From a virus, in the IMG/VR virus record IMGVR_UViG_3300036860_000057, positions 1 through 64,000 of that record: a DNA stretch of 64,000 nucleotides; one strand, written 5' to 3'. A model generated the notes under the pieces. It saw only the letters and a list, made by a program, of their open reading frames with translations, had not been told where the DNA came from and did no database searches. The stretch's first letter is position 1, and every line of letters begins with the position of its first letter. The translations under genes were made by a program, and so were the position numbers. This document shows, piece by piece, positions 36,329-45,757 of this stretch.

Positions 36329-36778
36329 ATGCCCGATTTAGTGAATGACCCAGCATATCAAGCTGCTACGAAAGAGCCTGAGCCTACTGCTCTTGAAGTG
36401 ATTATTGCGACTGTGAAGAAATGGGCAGCAGTGCTGTCTGATCCTCGTACAGTGGCAAGTGTGATTACAGTTTATGGTACTTTTAAGATGATTGCACTTG
36501 CACTAGGCTATGCAGACTCTAAACTCTCTGATAAGGACATCACCGATCTTCTTCAGAGTTCTGCTGCACTTCTAGTTGCATTTGCAACATTTCTGACTGT
36601 GGTAGGTTCGATTGTAACAATTGTAGTCGTGTGGATTCGCAGTTGGACAGAGCGACCATCACGCGGTCTGTCTCCTTGGCTGAAGAAAGTTTTTCCTGTT
36701 GATGAGCCTAAGACAATTGTATCCACAGCCACCATTAGTACAACAACTGTCCCCCCAGATGATGGTGCTGTAGGCTAA
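36329..36778 (+). CDS. Holin-like membrane protein
   Basis: GGAGGT RBS; two TM segments and a polar C-terminal tail; followed by a terminator. Confidence 0.55.
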   Translation: MPDLVNDPAYQAATKEPEPTALEVIIATVKKWAAVLSDPRTVASVITVYGTFKMIALALGYADSKLSDKDITDLLQSSAALLVAFATFLTVVGSIVTIVVVWIRSWTERPSRGLSPWLKKVFPVDEPKTIVSTATISTTTVPPDDGAVG

Positions 36779-36809
36779 CCTCTATATTCCCTCTCTTGTG
36801 TGTGTGTAA

Positions 36810-36843
36810 GAGGTCCCTGTTGCATCTCCGTAACAGGGACCTC
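36810..36843 (+). terminator. Hairpin terminator
   Basis: gaggtccctgttgc-atctcc-gtaacagggacctc. Confidence 0.65.
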
Positions 36844-36916
36844 TGCTTGCTTGACAAGAATATAGAATAGGGTGTATGATCATATATAGGTATCATATTC
36901 AAATGGAGAATTCACA

Positions 36917-38242
36917 TTGTTAGTTCCTAAGAAAGCTATCGAAATATTTTCTGATGGTGGAACAGTAGCAGACGTAATTCGAGCAAATGTTTTGACAAAA
37001 CATGGAACACCAGTATCAATTCGTAGATGTCAAGAATGGAAACAGGCATACAGAAATGGGGAAGCAGAGCCTTATGAAGAATCAGATGAGATAGTTCTTA
37101 AGACAACTATTGTTGAATCTGGGGATAAAGCTACAGTACAGTTTACAACAGATCGTATTACTACACTTGATCAACTTCTCAAAGCCTGTGAAGTTGATTT
37201 AGATACATGGGAAGTTGAAAAGTGTGAAATCAATAAATATGAGATGGGTAGAAAGCATACTCTGAAGAGTTTAGAATTTAATGAAGGAAAGATTTCGGGG
37301 TATCTTGAAGATAGTGGAACATTAAGTATTCAGCCTATGGTGTCTGTGAAAGTTTGGTTGAAGCGTAGACCAGAAAAGATATTTGAAGAAGTAATTGAAC
37401 AGGCTATTGAAAGACTTAAAAACTATTCACCTGTTTATACATCTAGTTATGTGCCACAAACTAAACGTGGATTTTTGTTTTCTCCACAATTCTACGATCC
37501 ACATTTTAACAATTTAAGTGTGGATGAATCTCATACAGTAGTTAAGGCTGCTGATGAATTTAAGCATACTGTTGATTTAATGGTTAGTAAGGCACAGACA
37601 TTTGGAATGAATATAGATCGCGTGCTACTCCCTATTGGACATGATGCTTTACATTCAGATAATTTACAAGGAACAACAACAAAAGGAACCCAACAAGAAT
37701 TAGCAGGAAATCAACGAACAGCAGTAGATTATATGTGCCAAGCCTATGTACATTTAATTGAGAGGTTTGCTGAGATTGCACCAGTTGATGTAGAAATAGT
37801 ACCAGGAAATCATGATCGATTTGTTACTTATTTTCTAGGGAAATACCTGGAGGTATGGTTTAGACAACATTCAGATGTTTCAGTAGATTCTTCGCAAGGA
37901 TCAAGAAAATATTATCGTTATGGCAAGACTATGATTTGTATGGAACATGGAGATAGGATTTCACCTAGAGATATGATTGGTGTAATGGCAACTGAATCAC
38001 CAGAGTATTTCTCATCAACAACATGGCGAGAAGTCTGGAGGGGACATTTACACACAGACAAGACTTTATTTAGCCCAATTACAGAGCAATATGGTGTTAC
38101 TGTGAGATATATGCCAGCACTCGCAAAAACAAATGAATGGCATTCACTTATGGGCTATGTAGGTAATCATCGTGCAGCAGAAGGTATGTTTTATCATATA
38201 TCAGAAGGACCAGCAGGTATTTTTCCTATATTCTTAGATTAA
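36917..38242 (+). CDS. Calcineurin-like metallophosphoesterase with N-terminal HTH-like region
   Basis: DPH, GHD..H.D, GNHD, HGD, GHLH. Confidence 0.88.
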   Translation: MLVPKKAIEIFSDGGTVADVIRANVLTKHGTPVSIRRCQEWKQAYRNGEAEPYEESDEIVLKTTIVESGDKATVQFTTDRITTLDQLLKACEVDLDTWEVEKCEINKYEMGRKHTLKSLEFNEGKISGYLEDSGTLSIQPMVSVKVWLKRRPEKIFEEVIEQAIERLKNYSPVYTSSYVPQTKRGFLFSPQFYDPHFNNLSVDESHTVVKAADEFKHTVDLMVSKAQTFGMNIDRVLLPIGHDALHSDNLQGTTTKGTQQELAGNQRTAVDYMCQAYVHLIERFAEIAPVDVEIVPGNHDRFVTYFLGKYLEVWFRQHSDVSVDSSQGSRKYYRYGKTMICMEHGDRISPRDMIGVMATESPEYFSSTTWREVWRGHLHTDKTLFSPITEQYGVTVRYMPALAKTNEWHSLMGYVGNHRAAEGMFYHISEGPAGIFPIFLD

Positions 38243-38257
38243 ATAAAAGGAGATTAT

Positions 38258-38524
38258 ATGAACATCGAACCACAAGCACAGAATTGGGAGAGAGATTCTC
38301 GAAAAGTTGATCCCAGAGTAGACATCCCTATGGATAACTATGCTACTGTAGCTGAAGATAATCACTACTATGATATAGTTTGGCTCTGTAGAGTAGATGC
38401 AGAGAAATATCTTACAGATGAAGTCTATCACAACAAGAGGGCAGCAGATGTAACAGTGCAGACGAAGGAAGGTGTTGTTACAAGACGTGCTGCTATCGAT
38501 CAGTGCATAATTGGAAAGAACTAA
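38258..38524 (+). CDS. Hypothetical protein
   Basis: AAGGAG RBS; terminator aaaggagcca/tggctcctttt follows. Confidence 0.65.
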   Translation: MNIEPQAQNWERDSRKVDPRVDIPMDNYATVAEDNHYYDIVWLCRVDAEKYLTDEVYHNKRAADVTVQTKEGVVTRRAAIDQCIIGKN

Positions 38525-38613
38525 CTTAAAGGAGCCAACTGGCTCCTTTTTGATTCTTGATTTTAGTAAATTTTATTGTGGTATGATAATACACCTCATA
38601 GAGAGGTGTTTTT

Positions 38614-39381
38614 ATGACTTATGTATCTACATCTGAAAGACGTTTTATAGAGGGCAAAGGACAGAAGTATCTGAAAAATTCAGAAGTTCGTTGTCAGGCT
38701 GTCAGCAAAACCAAGTTGCGTCTAGCTCGTCTACAGCAAGGCAATCCTAGCCTTACTTCTGATGATGTATGGCCTGAAGCTCAGTGTACACATGCAGCAG
38801 AAGAAAACGCTTATTTATGTAAGTATCATGGAGGAAGAACCCCTTCTGTAAAGAGACGTGAAGTGTGGGAGTACATGCCTCCAGAACTTCAAGAAAAGTA
38901 TCTTTCTCTTCAAAATACTTCTGAGTTGATGAATCTCTCCAGAGAACTAAATGAACTAGACGCTAGAAAAGCTGAATTATATGAGTCTTTAGAGGAATTA
39001 GTATTGGGCCAGGAAGCATATGAAGTAGTATATGAGGCGAAGAAGGCTTTAGAAACTGGTAATGTAGTTAAAGCTGGTGCTTTATTACAAGTGATACTTA
39101 TGAATCCTCGGTCAGAGGTTTCTGTGCATAATGAAATCAAGGAAGTTATTAAACTAAAGGACAAGGTGACTAGTACCTACTTTAGTATGTTGAAAGATAT
39201 GAAGGAGATGGCAACCACTGATCAAGTTGCCTCGATGAAAGAAGAATTTTTTAACATTGTGAAAATTGCAATAGACAGAAATATTAAAGATGCTAACTTA
39301 GTATCTGCAATTTTCAATTCTATTTTTGAGTTGATGTCAAACAAGCACATTGATGTAAAAGCATTAAAAGATGTCGGATAG
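38614..39381 (+). CDS. terS: Terminase small subunit (HGGxSTG-type Zn domain)
   Basis: RCQA...C...CKYHGG; directly upstream of TerL. Confidence 0.7.
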   Translation: MTYVSTSERRFIEGKGQKYLKNSEVRCQAVSKTKLRLARLQQGNPSLTSDDVWPEAQCTHAAEENAYLCKYHGGRTPSVKRREVWEYMPPELQEKYLSLQNTSELMNLSRELNELDARKAELYESLEELVLGQEAYEVVYEAKKALETGNVVKAGALLQVILMNPRSEVSVHNEIKEVIKLKDKVTSTYFSMLKDMKEMATTDQVASMKEEFFNIVKIAIDRNIKDANLVSAIFNSIFELMSNKHIDVKALKDVG

Positions 39382-41134
39382 TAACCTTTCATTAATAGAT
39401 TCTGGTTGGCAGGAACTTGCTGAAAAGTTCAAGCAGACTTCAGATGAGATAGTTGAACTTCCTACAGACTGGATGGAGAAGTATTTTATTATCCCAGAGC
39501 CTAGGGAACCTCTAACAGGCGAGATTCTTCCTATTGGTCCAATTCAGTTTGTTGATCACCAGAAGAGAATACTTAATGAGGCTCTGTCTAAGAAGCCAAG
39601 TGGAAAGTTCAAATATGCAAATGTGATTTACTCTGCTCCAAAAAAATCTGGGAAATCAACAACTGCAAGTGCTGTAGGACTATATCTAGCAGCTAAGACT
39701 CCTTATGCTAGGATTTATGCTATAGCAAATGATGAGAAGCAATCTGATGCTAGGCTATTTCTTCCTATTTCTATCTGTCTACAAGAGCATAAAACTAAGA
39801 AGTTGAAGTTTAAGGATGCCAGAATTATTGAATCACAGGGAAAAGCCATATTATCTAATAATTCAATCATTGAAGCTATTCCTGTAGATTCTAAGGGCGA
39901 GGCTGGTTCGGAGCCAACTGCTGTTATCTTCTCAGAATTATGGGCGTATGACATCCCTGCCAAAAGAAAACTTTTTACTGAAATGACCATTCCTCCTACT
40001 AAATGGGGGAGGTCTATCCGGTGGATTGAAACTTATGCAGGCTATAAAGGTGAATCTGACCTGCTGTGGGAACTTTATCAAGAAGCAACAGTAAATGGTT
40101 ATCCACATCCAGACTTCCTTGATTTAATAGGAAGAGATGGGGAGCCTGTGGTTTGGGTGAATGATGAAGCTAGTATGTTTTGCTATTGGGATACTGCTCA
40201 TCGTATGCCTGATCAGATGGGGGAAGCAGGAGAGGCATACTATCGATCTGAAGCTAGGATGTTATCTGCCCTTGAGTTTGATCGCCTTCACTGGAATCAG
40301 TGGGTAGCTTCTGGAGGATCATTTATCCAACCTGAGTGGTGGGACGATTGTGCTGATCGTACTATTCCTAAACTAGAACATGGCTCAAAAGTTCCAATGG
40401 TGTTGGGAGTGGATGCTGCTTTAAGTGGAGACTGTGCAGCAATTGTGGGAGTTACCAGACACCATCTTCATCCAGAGACAGATGTAGCTGTGAGATATTG
40501 TAAGATAATTAAGCCTTCTCCTGGCAAGCCCATTAATCTTGAAAAGGATATAGGACTAACTGTTAGAGAACTAAGAGAGCATTACAATATTATATGTGTG
40601 GCTTATGACAGTTATCAGATGGAGTCCATTGCACAACGCTACAGAAGAGGAGAGATTGCTGTATCTGCTGAAGAAGTAGAAGGCATGGACGAGGCTGAAA
40701 AGAAAGTCTATACAGATAAACATAGCAGGCTGGCTCAGGCTTGGTGGTATAAATTCTCCCAACATCAGCCTCGTGCTGTTGCTGATAAGATGTTATATGA
40801 TATGATAGTGAACAAGCAGGTCCATTGGAATCCAGATGATATGGACTCTCAGATCGCTGAACGAGGATCAGAAGAAACTCTCACCAAGCATATTAAACAT
40901 GCTGGTGCTAAAGAAGATGGCAAGTCAAGAAGAATTGAGAAGCTGTCTAATGACGCTAAGGTGGATGCTGCTGTAGCATTATCAATGGCACTCAATCGGT
41001 GTATGACACTGGTGATTGATAACAGAGAGTGGGTACTGAATGATTTGATCAGGGACTACCAGTTGGGTAAAATATCTCACGAAGATTTCAATAAAAGAGC
41101 CGAAATGATAGCGACAGCACAAAGAGTTAAATAG
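39371..41134 (+). CDS. terL: Terminase large subunit
   Basis: Walker A PKKSGKST, Walker B variant VIFSEL, RNase H-like LGVDAA..GD, AYDSYQ, KVDAAVA. Confidence 0.93.
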   Translation: MSDSNLSLIDSGWQELAEKFKQTSDEIVELPTDWMEKYFIIPEPREPLTGEILPIGPIQFVDHQKRILNEALSKKPSGKFKYANVIYSAPKKSGKSTTASAVGLYLAAKTPYARIYAIANDEKQSDARLFLPISICLQEHKTKKLKFKDARIIESQGKAILSNNSIIEAIPVDSKGEAGSEPTAVIFSELWAYDIPAKRKLFTEMTIPPTKWGRSIRWIETYAGYKGESDLLWELYQEATVNGYPHPDFLDLIGRDGEPVVWVNDEASMFCYWDTAHRMPDQMGEAGEAYYRSEARMLSALEFDRLHWNQWVASGGSFIQPEWWDDCADRTIPKLEHGSKVPMVLGVDAALSGDCAAIVGVTRHHLHPETDVAVRYCKIIKPSPGKPINLEKDIGLTVRELREHYNIICVAYDSYQMESIAQRYRRGEIAVSAEEVEGMDEAEKKVYTDKHSRLAQAWWYKFSQHQPRAVADKMLYDMIVNKQVHWNPDDMDSQIAERGSEETLTKHIKHAGAKEDGKSRRIEKLSNDAKVDAAVALSMALNRCMTLVIDNREWVLNDLIRDYQLGKISHEDFNKRAEMIATAQRVK

Positions 41135-41135
41135 A

Positions 41136-41753
41136 ATGGATAAAGTATTTATTTACGGGCTAGTCGATCCTAGGACGAATCTGATCAGATATATTGGGTG
41201 GACGCCTAATGCTAAAATAAGATATGGAAAACACATAAATGAAAGCAAAAGAGAAACCAACCATAAGGCTAATTGGATCAAACAACTCTTATCTCTCAAT
41301 CTAAAACCAGCTTTAATCATTCTTGATGAAGTATCTGTTGAAGATTGGTCATTAGCTGAATCTGCTTGGATACTCTATGGGCTGGAACAAGATTGGCCTT
41401 TGACTAATATGACACTGGGAGGGGAAGGAACACTAGGTTGTATTCCCTCTAGGGAAACTCGAAATAAGATGAGAGAATCTGGCAAAAAGAAGATATTTTC
41501 TGACGAACATAGGGAAAATATGAGAAGGGCAGGTTTGGGGAAAATACTTTCAAAAGAAGCCAGAAGAAAAGTTAGTGAAGCAATGAAGGGAGAAAATAAT
41601 CATCAAGCCGCTCTTACTGAACAGTTAGTTATTGAAATAAGAGAACTTTATGACAGTGGCATGAAAGTGTGTGATATTGCCAAGAAATATGAGAAATCTT
41701 ATTATACAATCTATAATGTGGTTACAAGGCGCAATTGGAATCATATTTCTTAG
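41136..41753 (+). CDS. GIY-YIG homing endonuclease with NUMOD3 repeats and HTH
   Basis: FIYGL.DPR...RYIG, R...H, E..WI, LTN...GGEG, SxETRxKM repeats. Confidence 0.9.
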   Translation: MDKVFIYGLVDPRTNLIRYIGWTPNAKIRYGKHINESKRETNHKANWIKQLLSLNLKPALIILDEVSVEDWSLAESAWILYGLEQDWPLTNMTLGGEGTLGCIPSRETRNKMRESGKKKIFSDEHRENMRRAGLGKILSKEARRKVSEAMKGENNHQAALTEQLVIEIRELYDSGMKVCDIAKKYEKSYYTIYNVVTRRNWNHIS

Positions 41754-41762
41754 AGGACAGAC

Positions 41763-43814
41763 ATGGCAGATTTACAAAATAGTCTACAGATTGTGTCAGA
41801 AATAAAAGAAGTAAACCCAGCAACTATCAGTGATAGATCAGTTGTTGAGACTCCACGTGTTGATGAACGGATGAATCCGATCAGCCCTCTGGTAATGTTC
41901 ATAGCCAACAATGCAGATGGTATGATTCCCTGGGGCAAGGCACTTAAGGCCAGAGATGCTCAGCTTCGATCATTCTGGTTGGAAGAGTCTTTGTTATCCT
42001 CTGCTGTGTTTAGTATGTCAGCGAGAATGGCAGTCTTAGGCTATGAAATAGTCAACTCCGATCCTGATAAGCCTCGCCAGAAGAATACTATCATGGCAGT
42101 TGAAAGAATGCTTCGCAACTCAGATCGTGGTAAGGGTTGGCAGGTGTTTCTAGTTAAACTTCTGGTTGATCTCTACACTCAGGATAATGGTGCATTTATT
42201 GAACTGATCCGTAAAGAGAATCGTCCTGATTCACCTGTGATTAATATTGCTCACCTTGACTCTTACTCTTGTTATCGCACAGGTGATCCTCTCATTCCAG
42301 TGATCTATCGAGATCGTTTTGGCAATGATCACAAGATGCCTTGGTGGTCTATTCAGACTGTCGAGGAAATGCCTTCTCCTGTAGAAACAATGTATGGTGC
42401 TCAGATGTGTGCAGTGACACGATGTCTGATGGCTGCCCAGATCATTCGTGATGTGGCAATTTATAAAAAGGAAAAAATTTCAGGACAGTTTGCCAAGGCC
42501 CTACACTTTATATCTGGTATTGCTAAAGGCAACGTTGAGGATGGGATTCAATTGGCAAATGAGAATGCCATGAACCAGAATCTTACCCACTATATTCAGC
42601 CTCCTATCATCTCAACAATTGATCCAGATGCCTCACTAACCCATGTGCAGATTGATCTTGCATCACTGCCTGATGGGTTTAATGAAGACCTGACTTTACA
42701 ATGGTACGTCACACAACTGGCAGTAGCCTTTGGTGTTGACTACCAAGAGTTTGCCCCTCTAACAAGTGGAAGTATGGGATCAGGCCAGCAGTCTGAGACA
42801 CTGCATTTGAAGTCTCGTGGTAAGGGGCCTGCTCTGCTGATCAGTATGCTGGAGCATATTCTAAATGATACAGGTGTTCTTCCTTCCAATATAAAGTTTC
42901 AATTCTTGGTTACAGATGCACAGGCTGATGAAGCTCGTGCTAATGCTAGATTCCTACGTGGTAAGGATCGTGCTTTGCGTGTGTCTTCTGGTGAATTGGA
43001 TATTGAAGCTGCTCGTGAATTGGCAAAAGAAGACTCAGATATACCAGTATGGTTATTAGAGTCAATGAAGAATCGTCCTATTCCAACACCAGTGAATCAG
43101 CAGTTGAATGGTGGTGGAGGCTCTGCACCTGCTCCTAAGCAGAGAACTGCTATCGGGAATGAGAATGTGGAAGGTGGGTTGAACTCCAGGGCTACTAGAA
43201 AGTCCTATGAGAGTGATCTGGTTCGATCTGAGATAATAAAAAGGCTCCTTGAAAGAGGGGATATGAAGGAGATTGATCCTTCTGGATTTGTCTATCTTTG
43301 TTTAGAGAATGATCCACAAATTACCAGTATACTAAGAGATTATCAGCAACTTATGGATGATCCCAATATTGAATGGCAATCTGTTCCCACTTTTCATATT
43401 ACACTTGCTTATGCTCCAGAAGTAACTTATGCACAACTTCTTGAAGTATCTCAGTCTATTCACATGCCTCAGCCTATACCAGTTGATCTTGATCATATTC
43501 ATATGTTTGAAGCAGGGAATGATTCTTTTGCTCGTGCTCTAGTGATGCTAGTGAAGAAGAATGAATATCTAATTCAGTTGCAGAAACAAGTTGTAGACAT
43601 TTTTAATGGAATGGGAATTTTACTATCTCCCTACAGTAATCCTGATGTGTGGACTCCTCATATCACTATTGGGTATATTCCAAGTAGTGCGGATGTTCCA
43701 GAAGTTTTACCACCTATGTATCATAGAATAATAGCAGATAAGACGGTAGTAGGTAAAGGCGACTATGAAAAATTTGCAACTATCCAAGCCCCTAAAATGG
43801 GTGGTGTATATTAA
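41763..43814 (+). CDS. Portal protein fused to a C-terminal 2H phosphoesterase
   Basis: Position after TerL; DNGAFIELIR, AVAFGVD portal-like; Gly/Pro linker; two HxT motifs, FHITLAY and PHITIGY. Confidence 0.85.
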   Translation: MADLQNSLQIVSEIKEVNPATISDRSVVETPRVDERMNPISPLVMFIANNADGMIPWGKALKARDAQLRSFWLEESLLSSAVFSMSARMAVLGYEIVNSDPDKPRQKNTIMAVERMLRNSDRGKGWQVFLVKLLVDLYTQDNGAFIELIRKENRPDSPVINIAHLDSYSCYRTGDPLIPVIYRDRFGNDHKMPWWSIQTVEEMPSPVETMYGAQMCAVTRCLMAAQIIRDVAIYKKEKISGQFAKALHFISGIAKGNVEDGIQLANENAMNQNLTHYIQPPIISTIDPDASLTHVQIDLASLPDGFNEDLTLQWYVTQLAVAFGVDYQEFAPLTSGSMGSGQQSETLHLKSRGKGPALLISMLEHILNDTGVLPSNIKFQFLVTDAQADEARANARFLRGKDRALRVSSGELDIEAARELAKEDSDIPVWLLESMKNRPIPTPVNQQLNGGGGSAPAPKQRTAIGNENVEGGLNSRATRKSYESDLVRSEIIKRLLERGDMKEIDPSGFVYLCLENDPQITSILRDYQQLMDDPNIEWQSVPTFHITLAYAPEVTYAQLLEVSQSIHMPQPIPVDLDHIHMFEAGNDSFARALVMLVKKNEYLIQLQKQVVDIFNGMGILLSPYSNPDVWTPHITIGYIPSSADVPEVLPPMYHRIIADKTVVGKGDYEKFATIQAPKMGGVY

Positions 43815-44389
43815 TGCCCCAATATGGCCCTACTGACGAACAGAATCAAGAATACACCGATCTTCAAGAAGAGATAGAGAATAAGTTCAAGGATATAGGA
43901 TCAGAATATAAAAATGGTAATCTCTCATCTGACGAGTTTGAGAAGAAGATGAGAGATGCCATTATTGACCATCTAACTGCTCTTGCCGTTTTAGGAAAGG
44001 GAGGAGAGTTAGATGAAGATGATATAGATGATCTTACTGATTTCACTGATGGAATTCTTGATCTCCTTGAAGAGTACGTCTTGTTTGTCAGGAACCCAGA
44101 TGAGTTCTCAGAAGATTACCTGAGATGGCGCTCTGGTCTGTATAGTAATGCTAGACAGGTTTTCATGAGATTTACCATGCCTCGTGATATATGGATTATT
44201 CTTCCTGAGATGCCAGGAGATAATTGTCTGGGGGATGGAAAATGTGGTTGCAGTTGGGACATTTCAGTATATGAAGATGGAACAATCGAGGCAACGTGGG
44301 TATTGGGTGACACATTTCACTGCGAAATATGCATTTCAAATAGCATTGAGTATAGTCCGTATGTAATATCTGCTGGTGATCAGGAGTGA
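43814..44389 (+). CDS. Minor head/morphogenesis protein (Mu gpF-like)
   Basis: Follows portal; PGDNC...CGC.W...W.LG...HCEIC. Confidence 0.6.
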   Translation: MPQYGPTDEQNQEYTDLQEEIENKFKDIGSEYKNGNLSSDEFEKKMRDAIIDHLTALAVLGKGGELDEDDIDDLTDFTDGILDLLEEYVLFVRNPDEFSEDYLRWRSGLYSNARQVFMRFTMPRDIWIILPEMPGDNCLGDGKCGCSWDISVYEDGTIEATWVLGDTFHCEICISNSIEYSPYVISAGDQE

Positions 44390-44408
44390 TTTGTGGTATA
44401 GTATAAAT

Positions 44409-45176
44409 ATGGGATTTACAAAAGTTCTTGATTTAATTGGAAATAAATATGGGGATTTTGTAGTTACTAACAGGATCAAGGGAAGTAAAAACAAACCCGC
44501 AAAACAGGAACTTACTTGTTTGGTATGTGGAAATGTAAGAACACCTACTACTAACAATCTTAAAAGATATAAATGGAAGCATGAAGAGATTTGTAATAAT
44601 TGGTATCTTGAAGACTATGACAGAAATCTTATTGGTAAATCTTTTGGATACTTAGATGTGATGTATCGAACAAGAATAACACCAACTGGCGTTCCTTATT
44701 ATATGTGCAGGTGTAAATGTGGAAATACCAAAGAAGTTCGAGGAGTTCATATTAAAAGAGGAAAAACTTTAAGTTGTGGATGTTATAGAAAGAGTCTGTT
44801 AACAAAGCACGGACTTTATAAAACACCAGAATACAGAAGATGGTATGTAAACAAGAGGAGAGAAAGACACATCAAATATGATAGCTATTGGACTCCTCAA
44901 ATGGCTATTATGTTAAAGGAATCTCAGTCTAGTTGTGTGGTCTGTAAATCCCAAGATAGGCTTGAAATTGATCATGTAAATCCTTTATCTGAAGGATATG
45001 GATTGTATCCCGGAAACGCTATTATTTTATGTCGCCTGTGTAATAGAACAAAGAAAGTTAGTAGGTTAGATGATCTTCCCCCAGACTGGTCTGATAAGAT
45101 CATAGATGCTATGCTAGACTTCAAAATCCTCTGGCAAAGCAGACACAGTATTAAGCTAGAGACAGAGACTATATAG
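44409..45176 (+). CDS. HNH homing endonuclease, paralog of 8134-9114
   Basis: G..FG.L...CRCKCG...SCGC, HGL.KT.EY, WTP.M, CVVC...DHV.P...PGNA..LCR.CN. Confidence 0.88.
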   Translation: MGFTKVLDLIGNKYGDFVVTNRIKGSKNKPAKQELTCLVCGNVRTPTTNNLKRYKWKHEEICNNWYLEDYDRNLIGKSFGYLDVMYRTRITPTGVPYYMCRCKCGNTKEVRGVHIKRGKTLSCGCYRKSLLTKHGLYKTPEYRRWYVNKRRERHIKYDSYWTPQMAIMLKESQSSCVVCKSQDRLEIDHVNPLSEGYGLYPGNAIILCRLCNRTKKVSRLDDLPPDWSDKIIDAMLDFKILWQSRHSIKLETETI

Positions 45177-45238
45177 TCTCTGTCTTTATTTCCCCACAAA
45201 ATTTTAACAATGATAACCATTCTCATATAATTTCAAAT

Positions 45239-45757
45239 ATGGCAGTCCAGATAAAATTCATTCCCATTTCACCGGGACCTGACTTTCTAGCTAAGAAAGG
45301 AACAGCTACAATCCAAGCATTGGAAAGGGGAATGCAGGGACCTATTGCTAATCAATTAAAAGATGCGATGGAAAAACGTGTCAGTAATTGGCAGCATAAA
45401 CCAGGAATGGCAGTAGAATTTAGTTCCCTTGTTACTCGCCTTTCATTATTGGTGAAACCATCTGGTCCTGGACTGAAGCAGTGGAAGATAGTGTCTGGTG
45501 GTGCAAGATCACATACCATTACTCCTAAGAAAAAGAGTAGATTATTCATTCATGGTGGTATTGGTGGATACAAGTCCAAGACTGCACCGGGAAATGTATA
45601 TGGAAGATCATCAAGTTACAGTGGCAACTCCTTTTGGGCAAGTAGTGTACAACATCCCGGAGTCCAGCCCCGCAAGTTTGAAGAGAATGTAGTCAATGAT
45701 GAGAAGGCTAAGATTGAAGCCAGTCTACAGCGAATTGTAGATGGAGCAATAAAATGA
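45239..45757 (+). CDS. Neck/tail-completion protein (HK97 gp10-like)
   Basis: G.RSHTI.PK...L....V.HPG..PR.F pattern. Confidence 0.6.
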   Translation: MAVQIKFIPISPGPDFLAKKGTATIQALERGMQGPIANQLKDAMEKRVSNWQHKPGMAVEFSSLVTRLSLLVKPSGPGLKQWKIVSGGARSHTITPKKKSRLFIHGGIGGYKSKTAPGNVYGRSSSYSGNSFWASSVQHPGVQPRKFEENVVNDEKAKIEASLQRIVDGAIK

